A stretch of 52,899 bases of DNA, filler included, from Squatina squatina (taxonomy: Eukaryota), in NCBI GenBank assembly GCA_031763465.1. It is 3 parts of 3 records of this genome, joined end to end, with 100 filler letters (N's around TTAATTAATTAA, not from the genome) between each part and the next. Parts side by side here need not be neighbours in the genome. Positions count along the whole stretch, not along the records: positions 1 to 15,461 come from JARFOE010000162.1; positions 15,562 to 38,801 come from JARFOE010000058.1; 1 more part is not named here. The stretch is one strand, 5' to 3'. Shown here piece after piece: positions 11,688-23,689 of the stretch (position 1 is its first letter; every line of letters begins with the position of its first letter). The notes below the pieces were generated by a model that searched no databases, was not told the DNA's origin, and worked only from the letters and a program-made list of their open reading frames with translations. A program made the translations under genes and the position numbers.

Positions 11688-11998
11688 GTAAGAATCAAAA
11701 ACCATTGTTTGAACCATTTCAGTTATAAAGACATTTAAAAGTTAAAGGACTGTTAAAATGTAAGTGCAAGTGTGGGAGGGGGCTGCTAATTTGTATACAT
11801 GAGGAATTTTAGTTCTTTGTCAACATTTTTGTATCTTGAATATTTTCTAAACACAACTGTATCCTGTGGAAAATCAGTAAGGTTGCACTTCATTTTTTAA
11901 AAATGGATGATTTTTATTAAGTTATGCCACCTTTCTATATTTATTTTCACTTATAAATCGCAGTTCATTTATTAACTTATGCCATTTTGCAATTACAG

Positions 11999-12062
11999 AT
12001 CAAGGTAGATAGTACAGAGGGAATCCTGACAATGTCAAAGTCTTTTGAAAATTCCAGTTCAG
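11999..12062 (+). CDS. 64-bp internal exon (IKVDSTEGILTMSKSFENSSS)
   Basis: Acceptor attacAG and donor CAG|GTACAG. Phase 0 in, phase 1 out, which exactly bridges the flanking exons. Confidence 0.65.
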
Positions 12063-12146
12063 GTACAGTTGGTATTGTTTTAAATTTGCAAATTTTTTCC
12101 CTTAGAAAAATGATTGAAATCTAATACATGGATTTCCTTCTCTAAG

Positions 12147-12847
12147 GCCCTGATGTCAACATTGCAACAGATTTCTTGAAAGGTGAAGATCCAAAGATGG
12201 GGACCAGCTTCATTCCAGACCAAGTTTTAAAGGATTCCAGTTTCCCGTTGCCAGCCACAAGCTGGCATCAAGAAGAGCTGGCCTGTAGATTCTGCAAAGT
12301 GGGGTTTAACAGCCCTGAAAAGCATAGAGAGCACGAATATCGACATGCATTAATGCTGCTACCAGTTGATAATTCTGATTATGTAAGGCCAGCCCTTGCA
12401 ACCACAGGCATCCATGTGTTTCCTGGGCAAGCTTTCCGGTATCAATGCTCCAGGTGCCCTGCCAGCTTCACATTGAAATCAAATGCTGAGCGTCATGAAA
12501 AAACTGTCCACTACAAACGTAAAAACTTGCAATGTTCATTTTGTCTGAAATCTTTTCGCGATAGAACTGATTTAAATCGTCATGTAGCATCTGTACATTC
12601 ATGTGAGCGTGCATTTGTGTGTAGTAACTGTGGAAAGAGTTTTGGCATACAGAAAAACCTAATGAATCACATGAGAATTTGCTATCAGGGTAGTACCCAG
12701 GTAGGTATTGAGCTTTCTGACCAGCTTTCGGACAGTGGTGGCCTAAAAATTGAGGAGCAGCTTGAATCTTATGACGATACACCAGTACTTGGTTCCATCC
12801 AGCAGCTCTCCACTTCACAGCCCAGTGAAATTAAATTGTCAGAATAA
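12147..12847 (+). CDS. Terminal exon encoding four zinc fingers (3 C2H2 + 1 C2HC)
   Basis: Acceptor ttctctaAG, phase 1. Fingers CRFC-x12-H-x3-H, CSRC-x12-H-x4-H, CSFC-x12-H-x4-H and CSNC-x12-H-x3-C. TAA at 12845-12847, then an AT-rich 3' UTR. Confidence 0.88.
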
Positions 12848-14368
12848 CTTTCCATGTATAACAATTTAGATTTCGCTCTTGTATTACTCCTTTTGGATAG
12901 TGAACACTTGGATAAGTCCTCAACACGTATATGGAGTACATTATATTTCATTCCTCTGCGCACCTAATCAGGGTTTTTCCAATCTTGTTAATGAAAATAG
13001 ATTATTCTTTTTCTATTGTGGTACATCTTTGCACTTGTGGCATGCTGACTTTGCAAAGCAAAGTTACTCTTTAAGATTACCATGCACTTTTTTTTAATGT
13101 GGATGAATATAGTGGCTAGACATGGATAAATATATTTTATATTAAATTTTGAGCAAAAATCCTATATATTTAGGAATTGACCAGGTTTTTAATGTCTTTG
13201 TCCTAATCTTAAGGCACTAAAGAGAGAGGATGCAACCCCATCATGTTTTTCTTGTTTACTAGTTATCTTGTTTGTTCGCTTATCCAGTCATGGTTAGTTT
13301 TTTGTGTTAAATGAGCAGTTTTGGACTTGGTGATTTCCTTAAATCTTAACTTTTGATCTTTATTGATGCACATTGAGGCTATGTTAAAAGGGGCTGTTTA
13401 ATAGGACTCTTATAGAAATTCTTGACTAAAAGATTACAGTGTATGCAAGAGCAATTTGTAAATTTAAATCAGCTGTGGGTGTATTATATGTTTAATATTT
13501 TAACATAGCTATAAGTGTATTACTGGAAGAGTATTTATCCCATGTAACTGGGCTTCTAGCTATTTATCGGTTAGAGAAATTAAGTTTTTCTTTTACTCTT
13601 GTCAAGCTCAGTATTAGATTCTGTGACCTTTTAGGAGGTTCACTATTTAAGTTTTCTTAAAAATGAAGTATCCATTTCCACCGATCTTCCCACCAGTGCA
13701 GACACAGAACAAGTGCAAACTCGTCTATCAATGTGATGAGAGGTGTTATCCTTTTACCTGTACTGGCAAACACTAGTCTCTGTCTCGTGCCACCAAAGAA
13801 AAGGTTGAGCTCCCATATCTTCTTTAGATTCATAGTACTGGAAAATGATTTATTTTGGATACCCAAACTATAATAATGAAGTAGTAGTTTACTTTGATTG
13901 TGCCACTTTTTTATACAACATAGTCTGCAGTTGTTGTCTTCATTGAGTATTTGTTACTGATTACATATTATGTTTTGTAAATTTGATAGTTGACTCTCGT
14001 ATGTTTTATTCTAGAACTACTTATGCTAACATCCTGCTTTTTCTAATTTTTTAATTGTGAACTGCAATCAGTTTCCAAAGTTTAGCCTTGCTACGTTTAT
14101 CTTAGTGATGTGAACTGGAGACTGCTTTACCTATAGCTATGCACTTGATTTGGTCAAGACAAAAAATTAGAGGTAATGTGTAACTGTAATGGTTGTCACT
14201 GGATTGTAGATTCACTGCATGTATATTATGGAACTCTATACACCTTCACAAGAAAGGTTGTAATATGTTGTATCAACTGTTATTACCTTTTGTAGAAATA
14301 GCAAATTATACCTTGCTGTACAGTAGACTGGTGTATTCGGTCACACTATTTTAAATTGTTCTGAATTC

Positions 14369-14374
14369 AATAAA
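14369..14374 (+). terminator. Polyadenylation signal AATAAA closing an ~1.5-kb 3' UTR
   Basis: AATAAA with upstream TGTA motifs and a downstream T/GT-rich tract (~14402-14445). Confidence 0.55.
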
Positions 14375-14488
14375 ATTTAGATACCAGCAACCCATGAAGT
14401 ATATTGAGTTTATATTTTTGTCCTCCCTAATTTGTATGTCTTTCAGTTAAAGAACAGGAAAACCAGTTTTAAACAAATGCTTGTATTT

Positions 14489-15281
14489 TATAGAATTACA
14501 CTAGAAAATAGTTTAAATCTTTATCTTCAGGAGGTTCTGGACAGTTTAGATCAGGTTTAGACAATGTGTAGCATGGATGGTAAAACAATTGGGCCACTCG
14601 AGTAGACATTTCGGAAGGTCAGCTGCATGGTGATCCAAAAGATCTGAAGCAGACTTTTTTTTTTGCACCCTGCCCCTTTGAGATTTTCTATCCATAATTT
14701 TTCAGCTGAAGCTAGGCTGAGAACCAGCACCCAAGCCAGATCCAAGTGACTTGCCCTCCATTGGAGGAGGTGGAAGAAATTATTTGGCTATATTCCACTC
14801 GGTGCTTGCGATTGATGACCGTCTCAAAAAAATAGCTGTGTGACTGCAACATCTCAAATTGGATACTGCATCCTGCACATATGAACTGACCTCACTAGAT
14901 AATATGGTCATCTCATTTGAAAAAAATTGTGGCACACTGGGCATGACTCATGATGCAGCAGAAGCACCAGGAGCCACTTGTCTCTTTCACTTCCTCCAAT
15001 GGAAGGCAAATCGCTTGGGTGCTGGTTCTCAACCCAGCATCAGCTGAAAAATTATGGGTGGCAAATCTCAAAGGGCAAGGCGCAAACAACATCTCTGCTT
15101 CAGATCTTTTGGACCACCATGATNNNNNNNNNNAAATGTTTACTTGAGTGGTCCAATTGTTTTCCTACCATCTATGCTACACCATTGCCTAAAGCTGATC
15201 AAAACTGTCCAGAACAAAATGTATGGGTGAACCTTTTGAGAAGATAAAGATTTAAATTGGTTTTCTAACAGAATTTCTATA
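14489..15281. mobile_element. Foldback/MITE-like element with ~290-bp imperfect inverted arms
   Basis: 14489-~14780 is the reverse complement of ~14980-15281 (tttaaatctttatcttc / gaagataaagatttaaa; ccataatttttcagctga / tcagctgaaaaattatgg). Ends tatagaa...ttctata. Confidence 0.85.
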
Positions 15282-15461
15282 GTCTAGTGTATACATACAG
15301 TGCAATTTTATAATCCACTGTCCCCAGTAGCAGTTCTTTTTCAACAAGTAGTCCAGGCACTCCAGCCACTGAGAGAATTAGTTCACTTCTATTGAAGTCA
15401 AGGGCCTAATTAACTTAGCCCACAGCTTATGCACAAATTCATACTGAGTGTCTCCAAGGCT

Positions 15462-15561
15462 NNNNNNNNNNNNNNNNNNNNNNNNNNNNNNNNNNNNNNN
15501 NNNNNTTAATTAATTAANNNNNNNNNNNNNNNNNNNNNNNNNNNNNNNNNNNNNNNNNNNN
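15462..15561. other. Artificial scaffold-join spacer (44N-TTAATTAATTAA-44N)
   Basis: Self-complementary 12-mer with stops in all six frames, centred in N. Identical construct at 38802-38901. Confidence 0.95.
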
Positions 15562-15774
15562 CAGTAACCTAGAGAGCCCCCGCTCCGAATCTCCAGCTCA
15601 GGGGGGCTGAGGATCGCAAGGTCGCGTGGATCCAGGACCCTTACGTAAGTATGTAAGGGAAATTGCAATCAGAGGCACCCGCACGCAGGGAGGCTCCGAT
15701 CGCAATTTCAGGCCCATCATATTTGTACTCAAACCTTTACATCCATTCATTGCTACAATTTTAACCATTCCTCA

Positions 15775-16017
<243 letters not shown>

Positions 16018-16384
16018 TCATTGTTAATGGTATTTTGTGCTGATCTCTGAATGATATTTCAGGTGTATGTAGTGAGCCTAACGGCATGGTGGCAGCACCA
16101 TCACAAGGACTGTTCAAATTAAGCATCTCATCATCCCCTCTTCGGGCATGCAGAGATGGAAAATAAGTCCACACAACTGCCATCACATGGGTGGCATGTC
16201 CCACAGAGATTTAGAAATAATTGACAGGAGGTTGATGAACATTTGAATTCCAGCAACTTATAACACAGGATCTGGCTGCAGTACAGAAAATGTAGATTTG
16301 GGGTTAAGGGTAGCTTCTCAAGTAGGCGGAAGGTGTGAAGTCGTGTTCCACTGGAATCGGTGCTGACATCACTTTTATCCACCA

Positions 16385-16642
16385 ATTACATAAACAATAT
16401 AGAATCAGGAATCAGAAGTACAATTTCAAAATTGGCAAATAATAGTCCATACTGAGGAAGTCTATGAAAATAATACAAGGTATTCATAAATTTGCAGAAT
16501 GGATGTGTAATTGGCAAATGAATTTTAATATAGGTAAGTGTGCGGTGTTACATTTTTGGTAGGAAGAATAAGAAGACCACACACTCCTTGGAAAATAACT
16601 CTCTAACTAGGATCGAGGAGCAGAGGGATCTGGGGTACAGAT
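16385..16642 (+). mobile_element. Decayed CR1 RT fragment
   Basis: Frameshifted YINxx...ISK...WQMNFNIGKC..LHFGRKN...EQRDLGV motifs. Confidence 0.7.
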
Positions 16643-17156
16643 TTCTCTCTCTTAGGCAGTCCCTCGGATTCGAGGGTGACTTGCTTCCACTCCGGAGTTG
16701 TGGTTCTGAGGTGACTAAATAGTCCAATGCGGGAACCGCAGACACGGCCGCAGGTGGGGCAGGTGGTACTTGAAGAGATGAGTGGCAGGGATGAGCGTGT
16801 TGCTGCGCGCTCCTTCCTCTGCCGACATTTGTCCTCAGCATGCTTCCGCCGGAGAGACTCGAAACGGTTGGTGCCTTCATGGATGGCTCTTCTCCATTGC
16901 GGGCGATCTTGGGCCACGGATTCCCATGAGTCAGTGGGGATGTTGCATTTCTTCAATGAGGCCTTGAGGACGTCCTTGTAGCGTTTCCTCTGCCCTCCTC
17001 GGAGGCGTTTACCATGGCGGAGTTTGGAATAAAGAACTTATTTCGGGAGCCTTGTATCTGACATGTGGACAACGTGACCGGCCCATCGCAGCTGATTGAG
17101 CGTAACCAGTGCCTCGATGTTGGGGATGTTGGCCTGGGTGAGGACGCTGACTCATC
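16643..17156 (-). mobile_element. RTE-clade LINE 3' end
   Basis: Encodes QLRWAGHVV...GGQRKRYKDVLKASLKKCNIPTDSWESVAQDRPQWRR...TCPTCGRVCGSRIGLFSHLRT (RTE C-terminal CCHH-type knuckle). One in-frame stop. Confidence 0.88.
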
Positions 17157-17244
17157 ACTGGGGTACGGTATTGATGAGTACAGGTCTGTCGCTGTATAAC
17201 ACTGGGGTACGGTATTGATGCGTACAGGTCTGTCGCTGTATAAC
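17157..17244. repeat. 44-bp tandem repeat, 2 copies with 1 mismatch, plus a partial third
   Basis: actggggtacggtattgatg(a/c)gtacaggtctgtcgctgtataac at 17157-17200 and 17201-17244. Confidence 0.95.
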
Positions 17245-17417
17245 ACGGGTACAGTACTCGTGAGTTCAGCTTATTGTCCAATGTGTGGTATAAACACAAG
17301 ATAGTGGAATGTATTCTTTCTTGATATAAAGACTGCAAGAAGCCATTGGGAAGATGTATAGCGTATTGTGTGTCACTTTGTGATGGAGAACTGATTGCTG
17401 CTCTTCATATGCTTGCA

Positions 17418-17452
17418 CCAGTGTATGTATCCAGTGTATGTATCCAGTGTAT
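17418..17452. repeat. 13-bp tandem repeat (ccagtgtatgtat, 2.7 copies)
   Basis: Directly visible. Confidence 0.9.
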
Positions 17453-18264
17453 ATCTTCAGCTGTGATCACAAAGCTGGTAACATGCAGTAACAAGTATAT
17501 TGCTAGCTGAACCCTGACTGATCTGCAGACTTCAATGAGTCAGTGTGTGGAGAAATAACTCTGAGCAGGGATTTGCAGCGCTCCTTAAGTCATTGAAGGC
17601 AAAGCTTTGACACCTTTCAGATTGAAACACAATGGGGAGATAATGTGTTTGAAAAGGGCCTGAAGGCAGGACTGTGAAAAGGCTTTCACCGTCATTTTTG
17701 TAATACTGTCCACGCTGTGACCCACGGTCCACTTGTAACTTGACCCACACAGCCCAGGAAACTTATTGCTGTTTGTGCTTCTTCCCCACCCACCGGTTTG
17801 TCCTGTTTGCACTTCATAGACCTGGAGCTTTGGGAAGGGTTGGTCTTAGCCCGGCTTCCTCATTGGTGGATCAGTCTAAAATCAGAACACCAAGATCTTT
17901 TGTTTTACAAATGACAGTGAGCAGGGATTTATACCTGAGACTCCACGGCTCTCATCAATGTGGCCATGAATACAGACAGTCTGGGCGCTCCTGCTCCAGT
18001 CTATTGGCTGCCGATCATGACATCTGTTACCACATGGAGATTGTTCCAACAATTTCTCACTCTGAGGGGAACTTCAGCTGCTTGAATGCTGAGATCCTGT
18101 CAATGGCTTCAAGCTGATTTCTGCCAGATGCAGGTAAATCCTCTCTCTCACCAAACACCCCCATCTAAGGTATAACACGCAGAATAAATCCCCATTCGCA
18201 TTGCTCCAGTATTGTACTTTAAGCTTAGCTTCATCCTCATCTCCAACCTTAGCTTCAACTCCAG

Positions 18265-18385
18265 AAGCGAAATACTGCACATGCTGGAACCTAGAATACA
18301 AACAATACATGCTGGAAAAACTCAGCAGGTCAGGCAGCATCTGTGGAGAGAAAAACAGAGTCAGCGTTTCGGGTCGATGACCCTT
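18265..18385 (-). mobile_element. Penelope-like element terminal-repeat remnant (partial hammerhead motif)
   Basis: Shares 'ggaaaaactcagcaggtcaggcagcatctgtggagaga...cgtttcgggYcgatgaccctt' with 23711-23783 and, inverted, with 42986-43075. Confidence 0.6.
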
Positions 18386-18437
18386 NNNNNNNNNNNNNNN
18401 NNNNNNNNNNNNNNNNNNNNNNNNAGTCAAAGCATAC

Positions 18438-18552
18438 CATCATGAAGGAGTATCCAATCCACAGCGAGGCCCATCCCACGGGGCACAGTGGGATCTGAAT
18501 AGTCTGACTGTGAACCGCTATCACCATTGCCGGGGCCTCACACACAGTGCAC
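18438..18552 (-). CDS. COL4A5: Collagen IV alpha-5 NC1 exon (115 bp)
   Basis: [38 protein letters not shown]; VIAVHSQ and YSFMM are alpha-5-type. Acceptor attacAG, donor ATG|GTATGC; in phase with the 15776-15948 exon. Confidence 0.9.
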
Positions 18553-19169
18553 CTGTAATGAACAAGTAAGCTCAGAGTTAGACTTTGCATTTCTGTTTTT
18601 CTCTTTCGTGGTGTGCTACCTCCTTCAGGTAAGGCAATATGGCCAACACTTTTTACAAACAGTTCGGCCACTGCATCATAATTGACAAACACATTGGTGA
18701 ATTTCTGTGAGGAAGGACTGGTTCTGAAAGCTTTCCTTGCCCATAAACAGAAGTCTGTAACTGTGTAATACTCCAAGTAAGCCAGCAAAAGAAAACTCAA
18801 GAAGGCTAAAGGAGAAACATACAGTGAGTACTTTTAAAATTTGTAATATAGTGGCCCTGAAAACCCAGGATGTTTGAGAGATCGGCGTGGGGAGAGCAAA
18901 AGGGGTGGGTTTTGGAGCAGAACCCAGCCTCGCTTGGGCTGCACTGTCATTTCCTTGGGGGCCGATCCAGATAAAGTCAGGAAAAGAAGCAAGACTGGCA
19001 GGTGGTAAGCAGCTGCCGGAATTCCTGCCAGTTCCACCTCTGTAGCGTACGCCTGCATGAAGAAGNNNNNNNNNNNNNNNNNNNNNNNNNNNNNNNNNNN
19101 NNNNNNNNNNNNNNNNNNNNNNNNNNNNNNNNNNNNNNNNNNNNNNNNNNNNNNNNNNNNNNNNNCTGA

Positions 19170-19430
19170 GACTTGGTATCATTCTCTGGGCCTCCTCAGG
19201 GCCTCAATATCCCCATCATTCGAGAGGATCAAAACTGGGCAGAGTATTCTTGATGGTACCAAACTAAGGTCTTGTACAGGGTAGGAATAACATTTAGTTT
19301 ATGTGTTTAACTGTCTTAGCTATATATCCTCAAACCCTATTCACTTGCTCCACAGCCTTCTGATAGTGGTCATGAACCATCAGTATTTCATGAACCATGA
19401 CCCCTAGGTCCCCCTACTGCTCCCCAGTCA
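19170..19430 (-). mobile_element. Ancient CR1 ORF2 fragment
   Basis: Reverse complement gives a decayed LYKTLVxxxxEYxAQFxSx motif. Confidence 0.5.
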
Positions 19431-19614
19431 TAAGTGGGTACTTAAAATTATCGTAATCCAAATGCATCACACTGTATTGATTCAGATTGAAGGATATCCG
19501 CCAACAGGGTGCTGAATCAATCAGCCAATTCCCCAGCCCCTTTAATTTGGAGGGAAAAACCTACACGGAACAAACTGCAGTGACAAAATCCAGTGTCAAT
19601 TTATTTATGCTTAC

Positions 19615-19704
19615 CTTTTGCACCTTGAAAGCCAGGGACGCCTGAAGGACCAGAAGGACCTGGAGGGCCTGGAGTTCCCATCACACCCATATCACCCTTT
19701 GGAC
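19615..19704 (-). CDS. COL4A5: Collagen IV alpha-5 Gly-X-Y exon (90 bp)
   Basis: GPKGDMGVMGTPGPPGPSGPSGVPGFQGAK resembles human COL4A5 GTKGEMGMMGPPGPPG. Split-glycine phase-1 ends, donor GTAAGC. Confidence 0.85.
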
Positions 19705-20317
19705 CTTTTGGAAAAGGAGCAGAAAGGGAATTAAGCATAAGTAATGAAGGTGTTAAGCATCGCACAACTGTATACCAATCTGTCAAGCTGGACCATTGGT
19801 TTATAAAGAACCTCTGGCTCACCTATCCCTTTATTCTTGCCTAGATTCACCCTTTCTCTATTTACATGCTTTCTCCTTAGGCTAACGGTCACATGAGACC
19901 ATTTCTCGGTCAAGAACATTATGCATAACTTGCTGATACTTCAAGATGGGTTGTCAAGAGTAAAAAAACATCCAGGTTGTTTTAACTCAGTCTGTGCTAT
20001 CTTAGTGCCCCTGAAAGTGGTAACCATTACACAGCGCCTGTGCCCCATGCATTTCTGCGATTCACGATTTCAACAGGTAGCAAACACTAACAAGAGCAGA
20101 AAACAACCGTTACATTATTATTTCACAGGCTCCTCACATGCAGACTTCCTCCCACGCAATGAAGATTCAAACATTTGGGATTTGTGTGGGCCTGTGAGGT
20201 GCACTTTTACTAAGCTTGATATCAATAGTCATTTCAAGCCCAATTTACAAGTCACACACACAGTTCTCCCTCTCTTGCTGACCCACAGTGAATATTTTTT
20301 TCCTTTTTTAAAAATCA

Positions 20318-20493
20318 TTCCTGGGATGTGGGCGTTGCTGGCAAGGCCAGCATTTATTGCCCATCCCTAGTTGCCCGTGAGGGGGTGGTGATGCGCCGCT
20401 CTCTTGAACCGCTGCAGTAGCAGTTGTTTACAACTGAGTGGCTTGCTGGGCCATTTCAGAGGGCAGATAAGAGTCAACCACATTGCTGTGGGT
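20318..20493 (-). mobile_element. LINE-derived interspersed repeat 3' end (related copy at ~21965-22105)
   Basis: 'acaactgagt...ggccatttc.gaggg...taagagtcaacca.att' occurs at both loci. Confidence 0.6.
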
Positions 20494-20688
20494 NNNNNNN
20501 NNNNNNNNNNNNNNNNNNNNNNNNNNNNNNNNNNNNNNNNNNNNNNNNNNNNNNNNNNNNNNNNNNNNNNNNNNNNNNNNNNNNNNNNNNNNNCGTTCTT
20601 GTAGCTTTCCTGCAGACTTTTTTCAAGGTTACTATATCACCCACCGTGTGGGAGAACCAAAACTGGACACAGTCAAAAACACCCAATT

Positions 20689-20880
20689 AAGAACAAAAGA
20701 AATAGGAGCAGGAGTAGGCCATTCAGCCCCTCGGGCCTGCTCTGCCATTCAATAAGATGATGGCTGATCTATCTCAACTCCACCTCCCCACACTATCCCT
20801 TGATTCCCTTAGTATCCAAAAATCTATCGCTCTCGGTCTTGAATATGCTCAACGACTGAGCCTCCACAGTCCCCTGGGGT
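20689..20880 (-). mobile_element. CR1-type LINE 3' end (chondrichthyan family)
   Basis: 'gaaataggagcaggagtaggccattcagcccctcg..cctgctctgccattcaat' recurs at 33665-33717, 34495-34590, 36485-36555, 38725-38801 and 44905-44999. Confidence 0.8.
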
Positions 20881-21155
20881 CGACGGTTCCAACATCAGTA
20901 GGTGGATGAATATATTTTATAACATTTAAGGTTATGTGACAATTTAGATCATTACAGTTCTTCTTAAAGATGCTTTAATTCAGATGACCAGAAGAATTTA
21001 TAATATATAATAAAACAATAGGTATTGCAGATTAAGTGATCCATATCAAACAACTGAAAATATTAAAGAGAGAAATTATCCTCCCCCAGCACAACATGTC
21101 CATTGTTACCTGCTTTCACTTAGCAACCTGCAATGGTTGGAGAGAGATTACTTAC

Positions 21156-21347
21156 AGGTACACCCTTTGGACCTTGTGGGCCGGGTTGTCCATCTCTTCC
21201 CGGAGTGCCATCTAATCCTGGAAGTCCTGGGGGTCCTGGGAAACCAGGGCTACCTCGATCACCTTTTCCACCCGGATAACCAAAGCCATCTCCTCGGTCA
21301 CCTTTTGGGCCAATGGATCCTGGAATACCTGGACGTCCTGGCGGCCC
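21156..21347 (-). CDS. COL4A5: Collagen IV alpha-5 Gly-X-Y exon with an interruption (192 bp)
   Basis: [64 protein letters not shown] (64 aa). Acceptor cacttccAG, donor GTAAGT. Confidence 0.88.
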
Positions 21348-23369
21348 CTGGAAGTGAGAAAAACAGAAATTTCTGGCTGTGACGTAGGATACTTTCATGT
21401 GCCCAGAACTGGATAATGGTCTTTAGAGGCCAGAATGTTATTAATCCAAAACTTCAGTTCTTAAATATCTATAACATTGAATTAAAGAAATACAAAACAT
21501 GCATCAAAGATTAAAATCCAGGAAACCAAAATGGAAACAGAGTATATGCAATGGCCATGTGTGTAAACCCCTTTATTACATTTGAGGACATATTGGGCCC
21601 GAAATTGCGATGTCCCCGGGTGGGAATGATGTTCCATGCACCCGGGGAGACATCGCAAAAGCCAGTTCTGGGGCTGTTAATCGTAAGCCCGCATAACCAG
21701 CATTTGCGATCTGTCCAGAAACTTCTGGACAGATCCAANNNNNNNNNNNNNNNNNNNNNNNNNNNNNNNNNNNNNNNNNNNNNNNNNNNNNNNNNNNNNN
21801 NNNNNNNNNNNNNNNNNNNNNNNNNNNNNNNNNNNNNNGCTCCTGTACTGGTCGTGGATGCTCCCCAATGAGCTGTTGCACTCTGCACAGAGAGCTGCAA
21901 TTAGGGGAAGAGGCAGGCAGTGCAAAACTAAATCTCAGTCGAGTTCCAGACATCCACAGTGCAGACAACTGAGTCAGGCCATTTCCGAGGGTGGTTAAGA
22001 GTCAACCATATTGGTGTGGAACTGTAGTCACATAGACCAGACTGGGTAAGAACGGCAGGTTTCCTTCAAGGACCAGTTGGGTTTTTACGACAATCCGACA
22101 GCTTGTCGGATTGAAGAACGGTTGCTTGGGAGCGGTACCGGAAAGCCGCTGACGCCCATGAAACTCTACACTGACATGGCTTTGTACCTTTGGGAATAGG
22201 GGATAGAAAACTGGGGAAAACACATGGCAAAACAAATGCCAATCGAGAATGATTAAACAGGTTGTACACTTATCATTTAAGTAGGCCAAACATGGGCAGG
22301 TGCAGAAGTAGAAAGAGGAGAGGGCCGGGGGAGAGGTGGAAAAAAATAAGTGCCATCTTTGTTCAAGATCAAAAGAGGCAGATTACATTCTTAATTTCAC
22401 CAGAGGCTAGCAGATTTATCTACAATGAATTGGGAGAGAGTAAACTAATCTCTATTATTATACTGAAAAAAGCCTCCAGGCTGCATTCTTCAATTTAAAA
22501 AAGATTTCTCGTCTCTCTCCTGCCCCTCTCTGCACAGGCGGCTGTTCAGGGAGTCCTTCCAATACACATTCCTGAAATTTGTCCCTGGTCAGGTGACCAA
22601 ATTAACCTACAGCCTCAGAACACAAGAGCTCATTGGTAACCTCCCCTTCTCACGCACGATAACTTCCTGGAGAAAGCCACTGGGAAGTAGTCAGCAGGCA
22701 TTCCCGGTGTGGAGCCTTCCCCAGCACCATCCCTACAGCGGGGGGGGGAAGGAGGGAACGACTGCCACTACTGAATGCCGAGCCTTACTAGTGGCACCCA
22801 TCACTGGCATGACCGTGTGAACGGAAAGGTTTGAAAAGCAGGTACGATAGGGGTGCTTTAACGCACTCGCACACATACACACATCCCATCTCACAAAACA
22901 ATGCCCAGGAATTTTCCTGACAACCAGTAAGGCCTCTATAAAAACTGAAAACTCAAACTTTGACACACTTGTCATTAAAAACATCTGAAAATCAAATATT
23001 ATTTATCACAAGAAACACTTTTATCGACATTGATCCAAGTTTTTAAGACCACAGTGGTGTTGCAGAATCTAACCCACCCAGTTTGAATTTTACAGGGCTG
23101 TAAGATTCATTTACTTCCCCACTTTAGTCTCTCTGCCTTTCTTGAAGGATGTGGGTCATTCTGAGGTGTGGCTCCGAAGCTCCCTTTGTATTCAAGCCCA
23201 GCAGCGAGCATCAGCCGGCAATGTGACCATGGCCCAGGTATCACCGTCAGGCCCGACGTGCTCCTCGCCCAACATTTGTTAAACTTGTAGTTCCCCACAG
23301 GGAATGCTGCTTAGCAGCCAGGAGCATGGATTCTCGCTGACATCCGCTCACCCCCAATTTTCTAGCCAT

Positions 23370-23650
23370 AGGGCACTGAGGTTACATCAGCTGATGCCAT
23401 CAGGGCAGCAGCAGCAACGCAGGGGATCGGAAGAGAAATGTCAATCGTGTTTCCGCTCCTGGCCACTATCCAGTCATTGCTGATCAAATGGTGTACCATT
23501 GGGCGAGGAAAAGATCAAATTAGCTGTGAGCCGCCCCTCCCCACCACAAGCAGAATATCCTGCTGCAGTTCACATTCGAGACTCAGATGTGAATAACAGA
23601 CACTTGGGTGAGGTACAGGATGAAGACCCCTGGCGCTATAAGGGGGCTCC
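23370..23650 (+). mobile_element. Old SINE-like repeat (copy 3)
   Basis: Shares blocks such as 'cagctgat...gggcgaggaaaagatc...agctgtg...cacttgggtgaggtac' with 32690-32920. Confidence 0.45.
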
Positions 23651-23689
23651 GGCAAAGAATCTTCACTTTGAGGAAAGAACAAAAGTGAA

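Noticed and set aside
14557-15247. Similar short ORFs on opposite strands as a duplicated gene pair
   Set aside because: A by-product of the foldback's inverted arms.
15506-15517. TTAATTAATTAA palindrome (also 38846-38857) as a biological motif
   Set aside because: Centred in symmetric 44-N runs twice; an artificial spacer.
17157-17244. CRISPR-like array
   Set aside because: Head-to-tail repeats with no spacers, in a eukaryotic context.
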